Source: Ginkgo biloba (Eukaryota; Plantae; Ginkgophyta). Taken from it: 26,266 nucleotides of DNA. The notes under the pieces are model-generated. The model saw nothing but the letters and a program-made list of their open reading frames with translations, did no database searches and was not told the DNA's origin. The position numbers and the translations under genes were made by a program. The stretch is taken from positions 235,066,854 through 235,093,119 of the forward strand of contig JANKJI020000002.1 in assembly GCA_024626585.2 (NCBI GenBank), read 5' to 3'. Shown here one piece after another: positions 1 to 12,414 of the stretch; position 1 is the stretch's first letter, and each line of letters starts with the position of its first letter.

Positions 1-399
1 GTTGCATACCTAAGCTTTATCCACCATGCAATACAAGTACCAACACACTCATCAACGATAACTAAGTAATGGTCATGTTATTCTTTATAACTAATAAATC
101 AACACATAGAGAATAAGTCATAATCATATGACCCATAATTAATAGGATGGAATAGGCACCAACTACCAATATATGAGAAAGTATTAGAAGTTAGCATAGG
201 TTTAGATGTTAATTCATACAAGACTATTAGTTCTACTATTAGATCACCACTAGAAATAAAAGGATTAGGAATAATAAGAACACATAAGAGGAGTTAGTTA
301 AGGATTATTTTGTGAAGGTTGTAGTTGTGCTAGCAGAGCCTTAATCTAAATTGATAGTAGATTTACTCAAATGTTATGGTTAGATTATTAAAATTTCCT

Positions 400-740
400 T
401 ATAGGATTGGTCCATGTACATGAATATACTATATATCCAATATCTATATTGGGTTAACTCTATGGTGTAATTAACCAATTATTTACTTAATATACCATTA
501 GATGAATTCGTTTAGGTAACCTTAATTATGGACATTGTCCCCCTCAATGTCCAAATATTCAACATGTATTATAGTACTCATTATAAAGTGGACATTCATC
601 TAATGTATGCTCATCTTCATAGTTGGGATAGTGTGATAGGTATCGACAAGTTTTCTACGAATGACCATTCACTTGAGAATAGGCATCGAATATACCTCGA
701 TATGTCCTATTATACTATATTTGGCCTCTACCCCTAACAT
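400..740 (+). pseudogene. Possible very degenerate plant mobile domain (PMD) central fragment
   Basis: Across frameshifts the order DWSMYMNILY ... YGHCPPQCP ... HRIYLDM ... IWP resembles the PMD motif order W-G-x-x-x-L-x-x-LY / W-x-YEH-x-P-x-x-RP / YR-x-x-LD / W-x-PY. Weak, by eye only. Confidence 0.3.
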
Positions 741-2526
741 GAATTATATGCTATCTACCTCTATCACCTCTAATCTTAGGAGTGACCTAACTTGAGACTG
801 AGAGATATCTTGTTGCATCAATTATTATGGTGCTTATTAGTTTTATTAAATTGGCATATTATTTACTAGTGTTAAATTCTAGTTTTGGGGTTGTACTAAT
901 TAGCATCAATTATTATTATTTTATGTAGGGTCTATTTGTATTGACTACTTTCACTAATTATTGCATTATATTATATATGCATTACTTTCCTTTGAGAACT
1001 TATTCCATTATACTCCATTACTACCCATTATACTTCATTACTAGTATTTTGTTAACTCCCTTCTTTGCATTTATGAAGTGTGATTTTTAATAGTGTATCC
1101 TATCTAAATCTAAGAAATTATTATACTACACTCTAAATGTCCATTATTTTATTAACTAACTAACTAATTATAATAGTTTTCTCATCATTTACTCAAAGCA
1201 GATTGTAAGGTTAAATCAATAACAAATTAAAGGTGACATCTCTTATATATATTAAAGCACTTGTAATCACCATGGTGGAAATTTAGAGGAAACATTAACA
1301 CTATTGCTTCCAAAAAAAACTTATAAGATTTAGATTTTCCCATATAATTATCAACTTACTACAACAATAATATGTTCATGAAATTGTCACTCTTTATACA
1401 CAAAGAATTTCACATCAAAGTTTATTCATCTAAAGTAACACAATATTATGCACATAAATGACAAAGTATTTATCAAGTGTAATTAGGCTATAGTAAACTT
1501 TAGTATGTTTGAGGAATAGTAGTTTCCTATATAATTTATTTTAGCTTGTTAGAGTGAATCTTTCCCTCTACCAATTTCAAGGAATGTGATACATGTGCAT
1601 GATGTTGTATTGAAGTTTGAGAATCTCTTTTGTAGCAACATACTACAAGTTATCCTCAATAATTGATATTATTTAGTATGTGCTTAAATTCCAAAAGTAT
1701 TAATACAATATTCTCTTAGACTATCCTCTCAAATATTTCCTAATAGCATTTCTACTCTATCAATTATTATTCTACCTCTCATGNNNNNNNNNNNNNNNNN
1801 NNNNNNNNNNNNNNNNNNNNNNNNNNNNNNNNNNNNNNNNNNNNNNNNNNNNNNNNNNNNNNNNNNNNNNNNNNNNNNNNNNNNNNNNNNNNNNNNNNNN
1901 NNNNNNNNNNNNNNNNNNNNNNNNNNNNNNNNNNNNNNNNNNNNNNNNNNNNNNNNNNNNNNNNNNNNNNNNNNNNNNNNNNNNNNNNNNNNNNNNNNNN
2001 NNNNNNNNNNNNNNNNNNNNNNNNNNNNNNNNNNNNNNNNNNNNNNNNNNNNNNNNNNNNNNNNNNNNNNNNNNNNNNNNNNNNNNNNNNNNNNNNNNNN
2101 NNNNNNNNNNNNNNNNNNNNNNNNNNNNNNNNNNNNNNNNNNNNNNNNNNNNNNNNNNNNNNNNNNNNNNNNNNNNNNNNNNNNNNNNNNNNNNNNNNNN
2201 NNNNNNNNNNNNNNNNNNNNNNNNNNNNNNNNNNNNNNNNNNNNNNNNNNNNNNNNNNNNNNNNNNNNNNNNNNNNNNNNNNNNNNNNNNNNNNNNNNNN
2301 NNNNNNNNNNNNNNNNNNNNNNNNNNNNNNNNNNNNNNNNNNNNNNNNNNNNNNNNNNNNNNNNNNNNNNNNNNNNNNNNNNNNNNNNNNNNNNNNNNNN
2401 NNNNNNNNNNNNNNNNNNNNNNNNNNNNNNNNNNNNNNNNNNNNNNNNNNNNNNNNNNNNNNNNNNNNNNNNNNNNNNNNNNNNNNNNNNNNNNNNNNNN
2501 NNNNNNNNNNNNNNNNNNNNNNNNNN

Positions 2527-3210
2527 GAGTATGACTAGAGATGCAGTGTTATATTTATCAAATTGAGCATCACTTTATGAGTGATAAGAAGTTAAAAACT
2601 TTTTTCAATGGATTGCTTCCATGCATATACATAGAATTATTTAATTCTTTAATGGATTCATAATCTAAATAACTTATTAAATTTATCATTATTAAAATTA
2701 AGGAAGGTGATAATGGTGATCATCCTAATGAGTAAACTAACAATTTTANNNNNNNNNNNNNNNNAAAATTGATATATTAGTCAAATAAATAGTTAAGAGA
2801 GTGCAAAGTGTGTTGTCTATATCTAAAATAAATCTGGTGTTTTAATTATGAATAATCACACTTCATAAATAAATACCCAATAAAACTTCAAAATAAACTT
2901 AAGAAGAATGATTATTAATCATCTAAAAACGTGTTTGGAACATCATAACTACTTTGGCCATATGCGAGAACAAATCTCAAAGAATTAATTCGATATGGAT
3001 ATGAAGAGAAGGAAAAATGAATCATAAGAAGAATAATATGAAATTTCTATAGAATGTTAATGAAATTTGATAAGAATCCTAATGCATTACTTAGATGCTA
3101 CACTTATTTTAAATAGGGTCATTAAGTTAAAATTATCTATATTATAAGGGTGGACCCAAATCATGTAAATATTATGGTATTAAAGATTACAATACTATTA
3201 AATATATAAG
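2527..3210 (+). mobile_element. Degenerate LTR-retrotransposon (Gypsy-like) gag remnant with two decayed zinc knuckles
   Basis: About 3090-3125 reads LRCYTYFK*GH and about 3153-3210 reads GPKSCKYYGIKDYNTIKY. Both fit CX2CX3-4HX4C once TGT>TAT and CAC>TAC transitions are allowed. About 2530-2605 (MTRDAVLYLSN*ASLYE**EVKNFF) weakly resembles a retrotransposon gag core. Confidence 0.45.
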
Positions 3211-5560
3211 TATTAGGATAAAGATTATAAATATTATCTATCAATGTGATCCATTTCCAAAAGATGGTAGATTTAATCCAATTCCCTCCTCTTTAGATAA
3301 TAATCCATGATAACTAAATTATCAATGGATTACTTAATAAAGAATCCATGTGGGATGGATAAGAAAATCAAATAAGGTATTCTACCAAATAATATATAAT
3401 TAGGGAGACCTAAAAAATCTTAGAAATATAGTAAGTCACAATAATAAAATTTCTAATGTGTGACTCAATAAGAAATCTGTGGGAATTAGGGAAAAAAAAT
3501 GGAAGAAAACTTTCCTCCAACTAAGAGGCAACTAGGGAGACCCAAATGATATTAACAAGTAACTAGTATAACTATTTGCAATCAATTATTAATAGATGAT
3601 ATTTTTAATAGTGAATAATCATCAATCTTATCAAACACATATCGCGTAGGACTAGTAATTTCTACCTGAACCCAATACAATAAAAGAAACTTTTATTTGA
3701 AGCTAAAAAATAATTGTAGAATTGTAATAGAATTTGGAGAACATACATCTATAGCCAACTTTATTTGTATAAGATGAGAGTGAATTGGACAAGATCCTAC
3801 CTATATAAGAGTAACAAATTGAAGAATATATATTAATTGGATAAATAAATACACTTTGGGATTCTCTCTTTATTTAACAATATAAAAAATATTGATTACT
3901 CAAAAATCTATAAATATTTTAGCATTGTTGGGTAGCATTATTTTTCCTCTCATTATCTTAAATCCTATAATGAAGAGATGCATNNNNNNNNNNNNNNNNN
4001 NNNNNNNNNNNNNNNNNNNNNNNNNNNNNTCCTCTTGCTTTTATGACAATAAGAAACATTCATATCTCCAATGATAGAGGACTTTGGATCGTAAGTTAAT
4101 ATTATATTAAAAATGTACTAAAGTATCTTAGTAAAAGATAGTTCTTAAACAACCTCAAGATTTCAAAGAAAACAAGGTTGTTTCTTATTTTCCACTCCCC
4201 AATATTTCTAAAATAAATAAATTAACTCGAAAGACTATTAAAATACAGATTTGAATCAAAACAAACTATTAATTTNNNNNNNNNNNNNNNNNNNNNNNNN
4301 NNNNNNNNNNNNNNNNNNNNNNNNNNNNNNNNNNNNNNNNNNNNNNNNNNNNNNNNNNNNNNNNNNNNNNNNNNNTAAAAATAGAGTGATAGAAGGTAAA
4401 AGGTATTAAGGGGTCAGGTTCTGGATTTACACTGTTTATACCTAGGCAGCCTTCAGCGCTTCTTCTTTGTCAGATTTTCTCTTTCGAGTGATGATGAGAC
4501 TTCCACTCATCATGGAATCAACTAAAGGTTCCCATTTATTGGCTTATAATAAAATAACTCATTTGGACATAAAAATAAGATTATTTTTAATGGATATCTC
4601 GATGTCATTAAATTACTAAACAAATTCTAGAATGAAATTTTTAATAGAATTGATATACTAGGTTTTTTTCAAGCAAACCTTGCAATGATAGGCATACAAG
4701 TGGTTTACATATTATGAAATTGGAATCTTATGTTGAAAGTAATCCATGCCTTTGTCCTATATAATATTTAACCTTACTTAATTCTTACATGATAGTCAAG
4801 TGCATAAACATGTAGGACAATTGTTGCTTATCAAACTTATAGATATTTGTATATATAGTTAGAGAACAAATGGTTATAAATATAAGTTCTAGTCCTATTT
4901 TCTTATAGATATAGAATCAATCAAATATGTCACTATTTGGACATAAATCAATCAACTATCTATGACCATATTTTATTCTAATGATCCTCAACTAATACTT
5001 CTAGATGTTTTATATAATATTTCTCATTGGATAACTTTATTAAATGGTCCAATTCCTCACCAAGTGCTTTAATTCTTATAAATTAATAAGGATGACTCTA
5101 TTGAAGAAAAATCTAGGATTTAAGTGATATGTCTCAATTTTGGGCCACATGTGAAGATTTATAAAATCTACTAGTGATTTCTAAGAAAATAAGAAACTAA
5201 AAAAGCTCACACAACCTAAATAAAACATGTCTATGGAACACAATTGGTATAGATAAAATTGTTACCAACCCCATTACCATGAATTTAGTGTAGTAAATCT
5301 ATCCATTAGCATTAGCCAACAATGCCTAATTTATACCTTATAACAATATATTACCAATTCTTACATCCAAAGGACTTGGAAAATCAATCCAAGATCTAAA
5401 GATGAATTATTTACTATAACATTATAAAGAAGATAACATTTAAAACCAAAATCTATATATTATGTCTATTTAGGAGATAGTAATGCATCCCCAATATTAG
5501 GATGGATTTAAACCAATTTCATTAAATATTTCCACTCTAACTCAACTAAATGAAATTCTC

Positions 5561-5793
5561 ATTATTGATTATTAGGATAAAAGGAATATAGATCAAAACC
5601 ATTCTCTATTTAAGGAAGTTTTTAATGCCTTCATATGGTCATACAGAAATATGAACAATATTCTCAAAGAGTATGACATGATGAAAATTAAGTTCTAATA
5701 AGATGAAAATCTAGATATACAACAACCATATCAACTTAACCCCAAATATAAAAAGCAATTCAAGGAATATATTTTTATGACCTTGATCACATG
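5561..5793 (+). mobile_element. Ty3/Gypsy pol remnant, N-terminal part of RT (non-chromovirus-like)
   Basis: One frame reads IIDY*DKRNIDQNHSLFKEVFNAFIWSYRNMNNILKEYDMMKIKF**DENLDIQQPYQLNPKYKKQFKEYI, matching the Gypsy pre-RT motifs F-x-WSY-x-DM and KQRPYRLNP-x-Y-x-x-x-VKEEI. Confidence 0.7.
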
Positions 5794-5912
5794 AGTCACT
5801 GTTAAGCATGTNNNNNNNNNNNNNNNNNNNNNNNNNNNNNNNNNNNNNNNNNNNNNNNNNNNNNNNNNNNNNNNNNNNNNNNNNNNNNNNNNNNNNNNNN
5901 NNNNNNNNNNNT

Positions 5913-6340
5913 CTGGAGAAGTGCAATTTTGGTCAGCAAGAGTTGAAGTATTTTGGATTCATAGTGTCACACGAAGGTTTGAAGATGGATCAAGAGAAGG
6001 TCAAAGCAATGCTAGAGTGGCCGATACCTAGAAACATAACAAATATTCGAAGATTTTATGGCTTGACGAGATTCTATAGAAAGTTTATCCAAAATTTTGG
6101 CACGATCGAAACACCCATGATAGAATGCATCAAGGGAAAAACCTTTCAGTGGACAAGTGCAATGCATCCCAACTTTGAACTATTGAAATGATGGTTGGAA
6201 GCTCTAGTGTTGGCATTACCAAATTTCAACAAAGTCTTTGAGGTAGAGTGTGTCGCATCAAGAGTCAGAATCTATACAATGTTAAGTCAAGAAGGATGAC
6301 CAATGGCATAATTCAATGAGAAATTAAAGAAGGAAAAGAA
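5913..6340 (+). mobile_element. Ty3/Gypsy RT C-terminus, connection and RNase H start (chromovirus/CRM-like), pseudogenised
   Basis: LEKCNFGQQELKYFGFIVSHEGLKMDQEKVKAMLEWPIP...GLTRFYRKFIQNF, then LVLALPNFNKVFEVECVASRVRIYTMLSQEG*PMA*FNEKL (canonical LPDF-x-K-x-FEVECDAS-x-x-GIGAVLSQEG). Confidence 0.9.
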
Positions 6341-7562
6341 GTTAAAAAAACATTTAGGTTGGTCCTAAATGTAGTTTGCATTTTATTATGTAGAGTGTAG
6401 ATAGATCATCTTACTTAAAGAGTGAGGAAAGGGTGTATAAATATAAAAATCATGAAACAAGTGCACAAAAAGGGAAGTTTAGAGGTGATTCGTTCCTACA
6501 ATTTCTCAACCATTAGCCTTAAAAAAAACCTCTAATACATTTAAACACATAATCCAACAATAAACATATTAAACTTCTAATCATAACCATTATTTCATGA
6601 GGCAAAAAAACCATATAGAGAATAATTGGATTTGGAATGGGATTCGAATCTCCCTTAAAATTTTCATTTAAAGAACCAAAATGATATGTTAAATATAAAT
6701 ATACTAGAGGAAGGGGAATAAATTAGGGGGATTATCCCTATGGAATCCAGATTGATGACCTCTCCACTTCCTTCCTTGAATATGTGATATATACAAATCT
6801 AATATCCTCCATATTACTTACTTCATTTCTAAATTAGATTAGATAAAGCTAAGTATATCACCATAACATCTCCCTTAAATTTAAACCATTAGAGTTTCAT
6901 TACTTGTAATTTCTCCTCGATTTTAAAAAAATCCTTTGTATTAATAACTTGATGATTTATGTGAAGAGGTCATATCCTTCTATAGGAGATATAGAAAGCT
7001 TATTGACCTTTAAATTCTCTTTGGATAAGAGGAGTTTCCTTCATGCATAAGAATAACCTCATCCCTCCATATACAAATAAGAAGTAACCATTATAACTTC
7101 CTAGTCCCTTTGCATAACAAGGAACTTTCTTTTAGTTAAGAGTTCAGAGAATTATTCAAATAAGAAATTCATTTTATTCATAAATTCATATTTACTTCAC
7201 TAAGGTTATTTTTTCACTATAGGTCAAATGTGAGTAAACTCATGAAGAAAATATTTTTCCTAAAGTATCATATGTAGACTATTCCATGTTTTCTCATAAG
7301 GANNNNNNNNNNNNNNNNNNNNNNNNNNNNNNNNNNNNNNNNNNNNNNNNNNNNNNNNNNNNNNNNNNNNNNNNNNNNNNNNNNNNNNNNNNNNNNNNNN
7401 NNTATGAGAATCTTTGTTAAGGTTGTCCAAATGGAAGCAGAAGATGATTGGATAAGAAAATATATTATTGAAAATACATATGAATTATCTAAAACTATAA
7501 TGCCATTACAACAATCAATGAGAAAATTGATCGTTAAGTCTCAAAAGGATAGATAATTTATA

Positions 7563-8689
7563 TAGTATAAGGGATACAAGAAGAAACATCTTGTAAATAA
7601 ATGTCCATTGGATGAAAGAAAAGTAGAAAATCAAAAAATTATGTCTGGTTAGAAGTATGAAAAGAGAGAAAGGAATTAATGTACCTACTTTTATATGTAA
7701 TACTTATGTAGCAAGAATGATTGTTGGATCATTAACAAAAGAAGATCTTAATAAAAAGATAAAAAAAGAGCACAAAGTGAAAGGACAAGTTCTCAAGATA
7801 ATAATAAAGAAAAGAAAATGGAAAATGATTTCAAAGTAGATATTTAATTGAAAGTTAAAGACATCAGAATAACAAAGTGTTTTAAATTTAATGGTTGAGG
7901 ATGCAATTTAAATATATATCCATTTTCTATTCCAAGAATCAAATTTAGTCAAGTCTATGGTATTTGTGACCATGAGACTAAGGATTTTCCTATTTTTATT
8001 AAGAGAGTGAAAAATGTAAAACTTGTACAATATGAATGTAATATAAAGTTAATATTGGAAAATTATGTGAACCTTAGCACAAGGTCACATCCAAAAGGAT
8101 TTGAGAAAGAAATGNNNNNNNNNNNNNNNNNNNNNNNNNNNNNAAAGCTCTAAGAAAATATTTTCTTCTAGGAAAAAATACAAGGAGAAGATGGAACATT
8201 CTAATCTAAAGGATTAGAATAAAATACTTAAAAAGGAAAGATATTTAATCATTAAATATCAAAAGTAAGAATAGAAGGCATTAAAAATTAGAGAACCTGA
8301 GGATAATGTTGAAAAAGAATCCTAAGCAATGGATCAAATTAAGGATCTATTAAAATTAGTGAATATTTTTAAATTAGAAAAACATGACAAAGTTATTTAA
8401 AACTCTATATAATTCATATTTGCATGCAATTTAGAATAAAGTGAATTGCACAGTCAAGTAGAACACTAAACCATCAATTCAGGAGGTAGTATAGGGGATC
8501 AAAGTTAAAGATGCTACTATAGATTTTGGCTCAATAGTGAAAATTATATCCTTAGAAATATGGAAGGATATGGTTTGTCCTTAGATGGTGCATTTGAAAT
8601 GATTATTAGAATGGAAGACCAATAACAAGTTATTTTGAAGGGTAAATTCATGAATGTTAAGGTTTCTTATGGAAGTCTAGTATAGCACA
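7563..8689 (+). mobile_element. Ty3/Gypsy gag C-terminus and aspartic protease remnant
   Basis: From 7563: *YKGYKKKHLVNKCPLD (decayed CX2CX3HX4C). From 8471: PSIQEVV*GIKVKDATIDFGSIVKIISLEIWKDM (catalytic D at 8522, cf. ID-x-GS-x-VNI), then after a frameshift IIRMEDQ*QVILKGKFMNVKV. Confidence 0.7.
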
Positions 8690-8789
8690 NNNNNNNNNNN
8701 NNNNNNNNNNNNNNNNNNNNNNNNNNNNNNNNNNNNNNNNNNNNNNNNNNNNNNNNNNNNNNNNNNNNNNNNNNNNNNNNNNNNNNNNN

Positions 8790-9050
8790 ATAAATGTCTA
8801 GTTTAGTGATAAGTATATCACCAAACATTGGAAACCTAAATATGTGGTGGTTTGAATGCCAATGTTGCACGAGCTCGTACATCAATCCCTCATTAAAGTT
8901 TAGCTACGAGGTCTTGCAGACCCTCCAAATTTTCACCTCCTTAATACTATTATATCCTAAGGACTTAATCAGCCAAGAAACTCTCGCATAATCATACCAT
9001 CAGTCTCTCTATTAGACACCCTCTATAACTCCTATAGGATTAAAAACATG
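8790..9050 (-). pseudogene. Plant mobile domain (PMD, aminotransferase-like) N-terminal remnant, probably transposon-borne
   Basis: The minus strand reads LNFNEGLMYELVQHWHSNHHIFRFPMFGDILITKLDIY, matching the PMD signature L-x-x-ALVERW-x-x-ETHTFHLP-x-GE-x-TITL-x-DV. Stops and a frameshift lie upstream, and the 3' end is cut by a gap. Confidence 0.75.
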
Positions 9051-10283
9051 GCAAAAGTTAATAAAATCCTTAAAATTTTCTAACAAACTCAGAATAACAC
9101 TAAATTAAGGCATTCTTATATTTAGCACATATTTTAACAATGATGTCACTAAATTACATACCATTTAGTAGTCATCACTTGACGGTGCACTTTTTAGTGG
9201 CATCACATTAGTGTGATAGCACACTAATCAATGACACGTAGAGGCCAAGGTCACCAATTAGCGGTGGCATAATTTTTTAGGAAATAAATGCCTTTTTCAA
9301 AATTATAAATGGTAAAAAATGATCTAAAAAATCATTATAATTCATCAATTGAATTGGATGACTTTCTATTTTTCATGTGGGACCCCTAAGACTAGGTTAA
9401 AATGAGAAAATTAAAAAATAAATGCATAAAAAATAAGGAGTAAACCTATCAGGATGTCTGGCATACTCTTGGCACATCAATACAAGCTCACTATCTTTTG
9501 CGGATCTTGATTCTATCAACTCTATTGTAAATAGTCCTAAAAAATCACTCTCATCCACTTTTGAAATAGTAAAAAAGATTCTAATATTGACTTTTGGTGG
9601 CTTTCTATATCTTATAGGATAATGCACACTTAAAAAAAAGTGATTTTTCTTGATATTATTTTTAAGAAATTGATCTAAATGGTTGTATTGATAATGAAGT
9701 AAATCCCAACACCAAATTCTATAACCTAAAGGACCACCTTTGTGCAACTGAGTGTTATCCTTAAGGGGGTGCTCGCAAAACAACATTTAAGGGACGTTCT
9801 TTTTTTCATTTTATCTATCCTTTGAAATTATTTCAGAAATAACATATGTATATATTATGTGATCTGAAATTTATTGATATAAATTTACTCCCAAAAGTAA
9901 TTTATTATTGAGATCACCATATATTGAGCATTTCATTACTAGATTGCATATCCAAAAAATTATAGAAATAGGAAAAACTCTACAAAAACCCAAAGAATTA
10001 GCTATTTGTTACATTACTCAATGTGTACTCCTTAGATGGTCTTGAGGTCTTTGTTGGTCACAANNNNNNNNNNNNNNNNNNNNNNNNNNNNNNNNNNNNN
10101 NNNNNNNNNNNNAAACCTCATAATTAAACTATGTTGTCATCTTAAAATCATCTCAAAGGAATCACTAAGCATGAGTTTAGAGTTTTTGTGTAATTATTCA
10201 GCCTTTGGAATGAACTCACCTAACTCAGACCACATTACTATCCTCTTACTAGCAAGCCTCAATAAAAATTCCTCAAATAAAGT

Positions 10284-10560
10284 AACTTAAATCTCTATTA
10301 TCTTTGATGTCCTAAAAATATAAAATGATGGAAGATCTAAAACAAATTTCTAGGCTCAAATAAATAGTCCAAAAAATTATGACTTACATCTCCATTACCA
10401 CTGATTTCTTACAAATTTTGAAATGAGGGAAAATATAAAATAAGTCATCTAGATCAAAAAATAAATTCTCTAATAAAATTATAACTTACATCTCCATTAC
10501 CTCTAAGTTCTTAAGAAATATAAAATGAGGGAAAATATAAAATAAGTAAGCTAAGCTCAA
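10284..10560. repeat. Degenerate tandem repeat, about 100-bp unit, three copies
   Basis: Units begin aacttaaatctctatta (about 10285), gacttacatctccatta (10381) and aacttacatctccatta (10483). Copies 2 and 3 share aaatgagggaaaatataaaataagt exactly. Confidence 0.85.
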
Positions 10561-11749
10561 GCTTGAAGAGGATGCAACCAATGGGTGAGATATTCTACAA
10601 AGNNNNNNNNNNNNNNNNNNNNNNNNNNNNNNNTAACCAATTGACATCAATTGATGGATCAACCAGTACTAAATGAACCTATAATCATATTTATAAATGG
10701 AGGAAGTAGGATAAAATTGGGTCCCTCAACAACTACATAGATCATCAAGACCTACTTAGGAGATGACTTAATTAATGTCAAACTTTTTCTGCCTTCTGCA
10801 ACCAAAAATATTATTGAATAATCTACAATCATTGTCTTCCTCATAGATGCCCTTGCATTCTAACCTTTTCATATTGACCTCTTTATAGATTCTTTTCTCA
10901 TGTTCAATCNNNNNNNNNNNNNNNNNNNNNNNNNNNNNNNNNNNNNNNNNNNNNNNNNNNNNNNNNNNNNNNNNNNNNNNNNNNNNNNNNNNNNNNNNNN
11001 NNNNNNNNNTTGAAAGAGATTTCAATTCTAAATTTGATAATATTAGGGGCTTAATAGATATGATCAGGTTTACCAAAACCAAAATTGAACCTGTTGAAAA
11101 TTTTGTTAGTACTTCTTCCCAAAAAAAAATTTAGCATATAGATTATATGGAAGTAATCTAGACTAAGGGTTGAATAATGTGTATAGTATATGTTTATAAT
11201 GTTTTGTAACATTTTGATGTAATAANNNNNNNNNNNNNNNNNNNNNNNNNNNNNNNNTTCTGATATTAAAGAAGGAATATTCTATTTTCTAAAAGGGCAA
11301 GTATTATAAGCCTTTAAATACTTGTATTTTGCTTATTTCACCATATTGGATGAGAGAGATCATAATGAATAGTCAATTACTATGTTCTCCATTGTCTCTT
11401 GAATTTTTTTTATGAATACTTTTGATTTAGTTATTAATTATGTTGATTGTTATTAATGAATGAATTATACTGTTATATGATGAATATTTGAATAGAAACA
11501 ATACTTAAATCANNNNNNNNNNNNNNNNNNNNNNNNNNNNNNAAACAAAATTAACATAGATACTAAGTTAGAGTGTGATAAGGATCTAAATTACACTAGT
11601 ACAATGTAGGAACGTTTTGCTCTATTAAAGTGTTTTGTCATTTGTTTGAGCTTTATGTGTTTTACATTCTTCCCCAATTTTTGTACTTTTATTTGCACCC
11701 TTCGTATATGAAAATTCTTAATTACTCTAACATTTAATTTAACATCCAT

Positions 11750-12414
11750 TATGGCAAAGCATAGAGATATTCAATTTTATAGAAAGGATATTTACAAGGA
11801 TTTCTAACTAAAGGATGGATTGTGTGTTTTGTACATAAGTTCAAGATTATAATTGGTGTGAGATACATATAATTCTCATGTTTTTTATCACTTTGGAATG
11901 AAGTTATATAAGATTTTATACTATCTAAGGATGTAGTCAAATTTGGAGAGGCATGTGATTTATGTTGCATAACCAATCCTTCTATTAAAAATATTAAAAT
12001 GTCCGAACCATTACTGGTACCAAATAGCCTTGGGACTTATATTATAAAAATTTAAGTGGGGTGTATAATAGTAAGCATATGAATGATTACATCTTTGTTA
12101 TTATTGGCAGGTTTAGTAACATGAAAATTCTCATGGATTATAAGAAGCCAATACCTATACCACGAATTCCTAGACTTTTCTTTATGCATGCATGGGATCA
12201 TTATGGATTTCCTTCTATGATATCATATTGTGGTTACTTTTAGAATACATTATGGGAAGTGATGGATAACAAGTTTAAGATGTTAACTACTTTTCATCCA
12301 TAGATAGATGGGAAGGTAAAGGCAATGACTGGAATCATAATTTATTCATTGTGAATTTGTAACCATTGATATGCTAAAATATGTGATGAGATTCATCCTT
12401 ACATCTAATACAAC
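11750..12414 (+). mobile_element. Ty3/Gypsy integrase remnant (zinc-binding region and core; chromovirus-like)
   Basis: DVVKFGEACDLCCITNPS...EPLLVP, NDYIFVIIGRFSNM, LFFMHAWDHYGFPSMIS, TLWEVMDNKFKMLTTFHP*IDGK (canonical VVVDRFSKM, HFGLP-x-SIISD, STAFHPQTDGQ). Catalytic residues are decayed. Confidence 0.85.

Noticed and set aside
4488-4515. Box C-like ATGATGA in an 8-bp hairpin, suggesting a snoRNA
   Set aside because: No downstream box D (CTGA) or terminal stem at a suitable distance.
5561-6340. A single Gypsy RT spanning the gap
   Set aside because: The two sides look like different lineages, differ in decay, and are separated by a 100-N placeholder far shorter than the missing RT core.
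6360-7302. Possible decayed minus-strand accessory ORF
   Set aside because: No frame or motif could be supported by eye.
9397-9786. 129-aa minus-strand ORF (also 24630-24950 on the plus strand)
   Set aside because: No recognisable motifs and non-ATG starts; likely chance ORFs.
10768-10909. Possible LINE ORF2 linker (EEDNDCRLFNNIFGCRRQKK vs EGDRNTKFFH...RR) on the minus strand
   Set aside because: Similarity is too weak and short to call.
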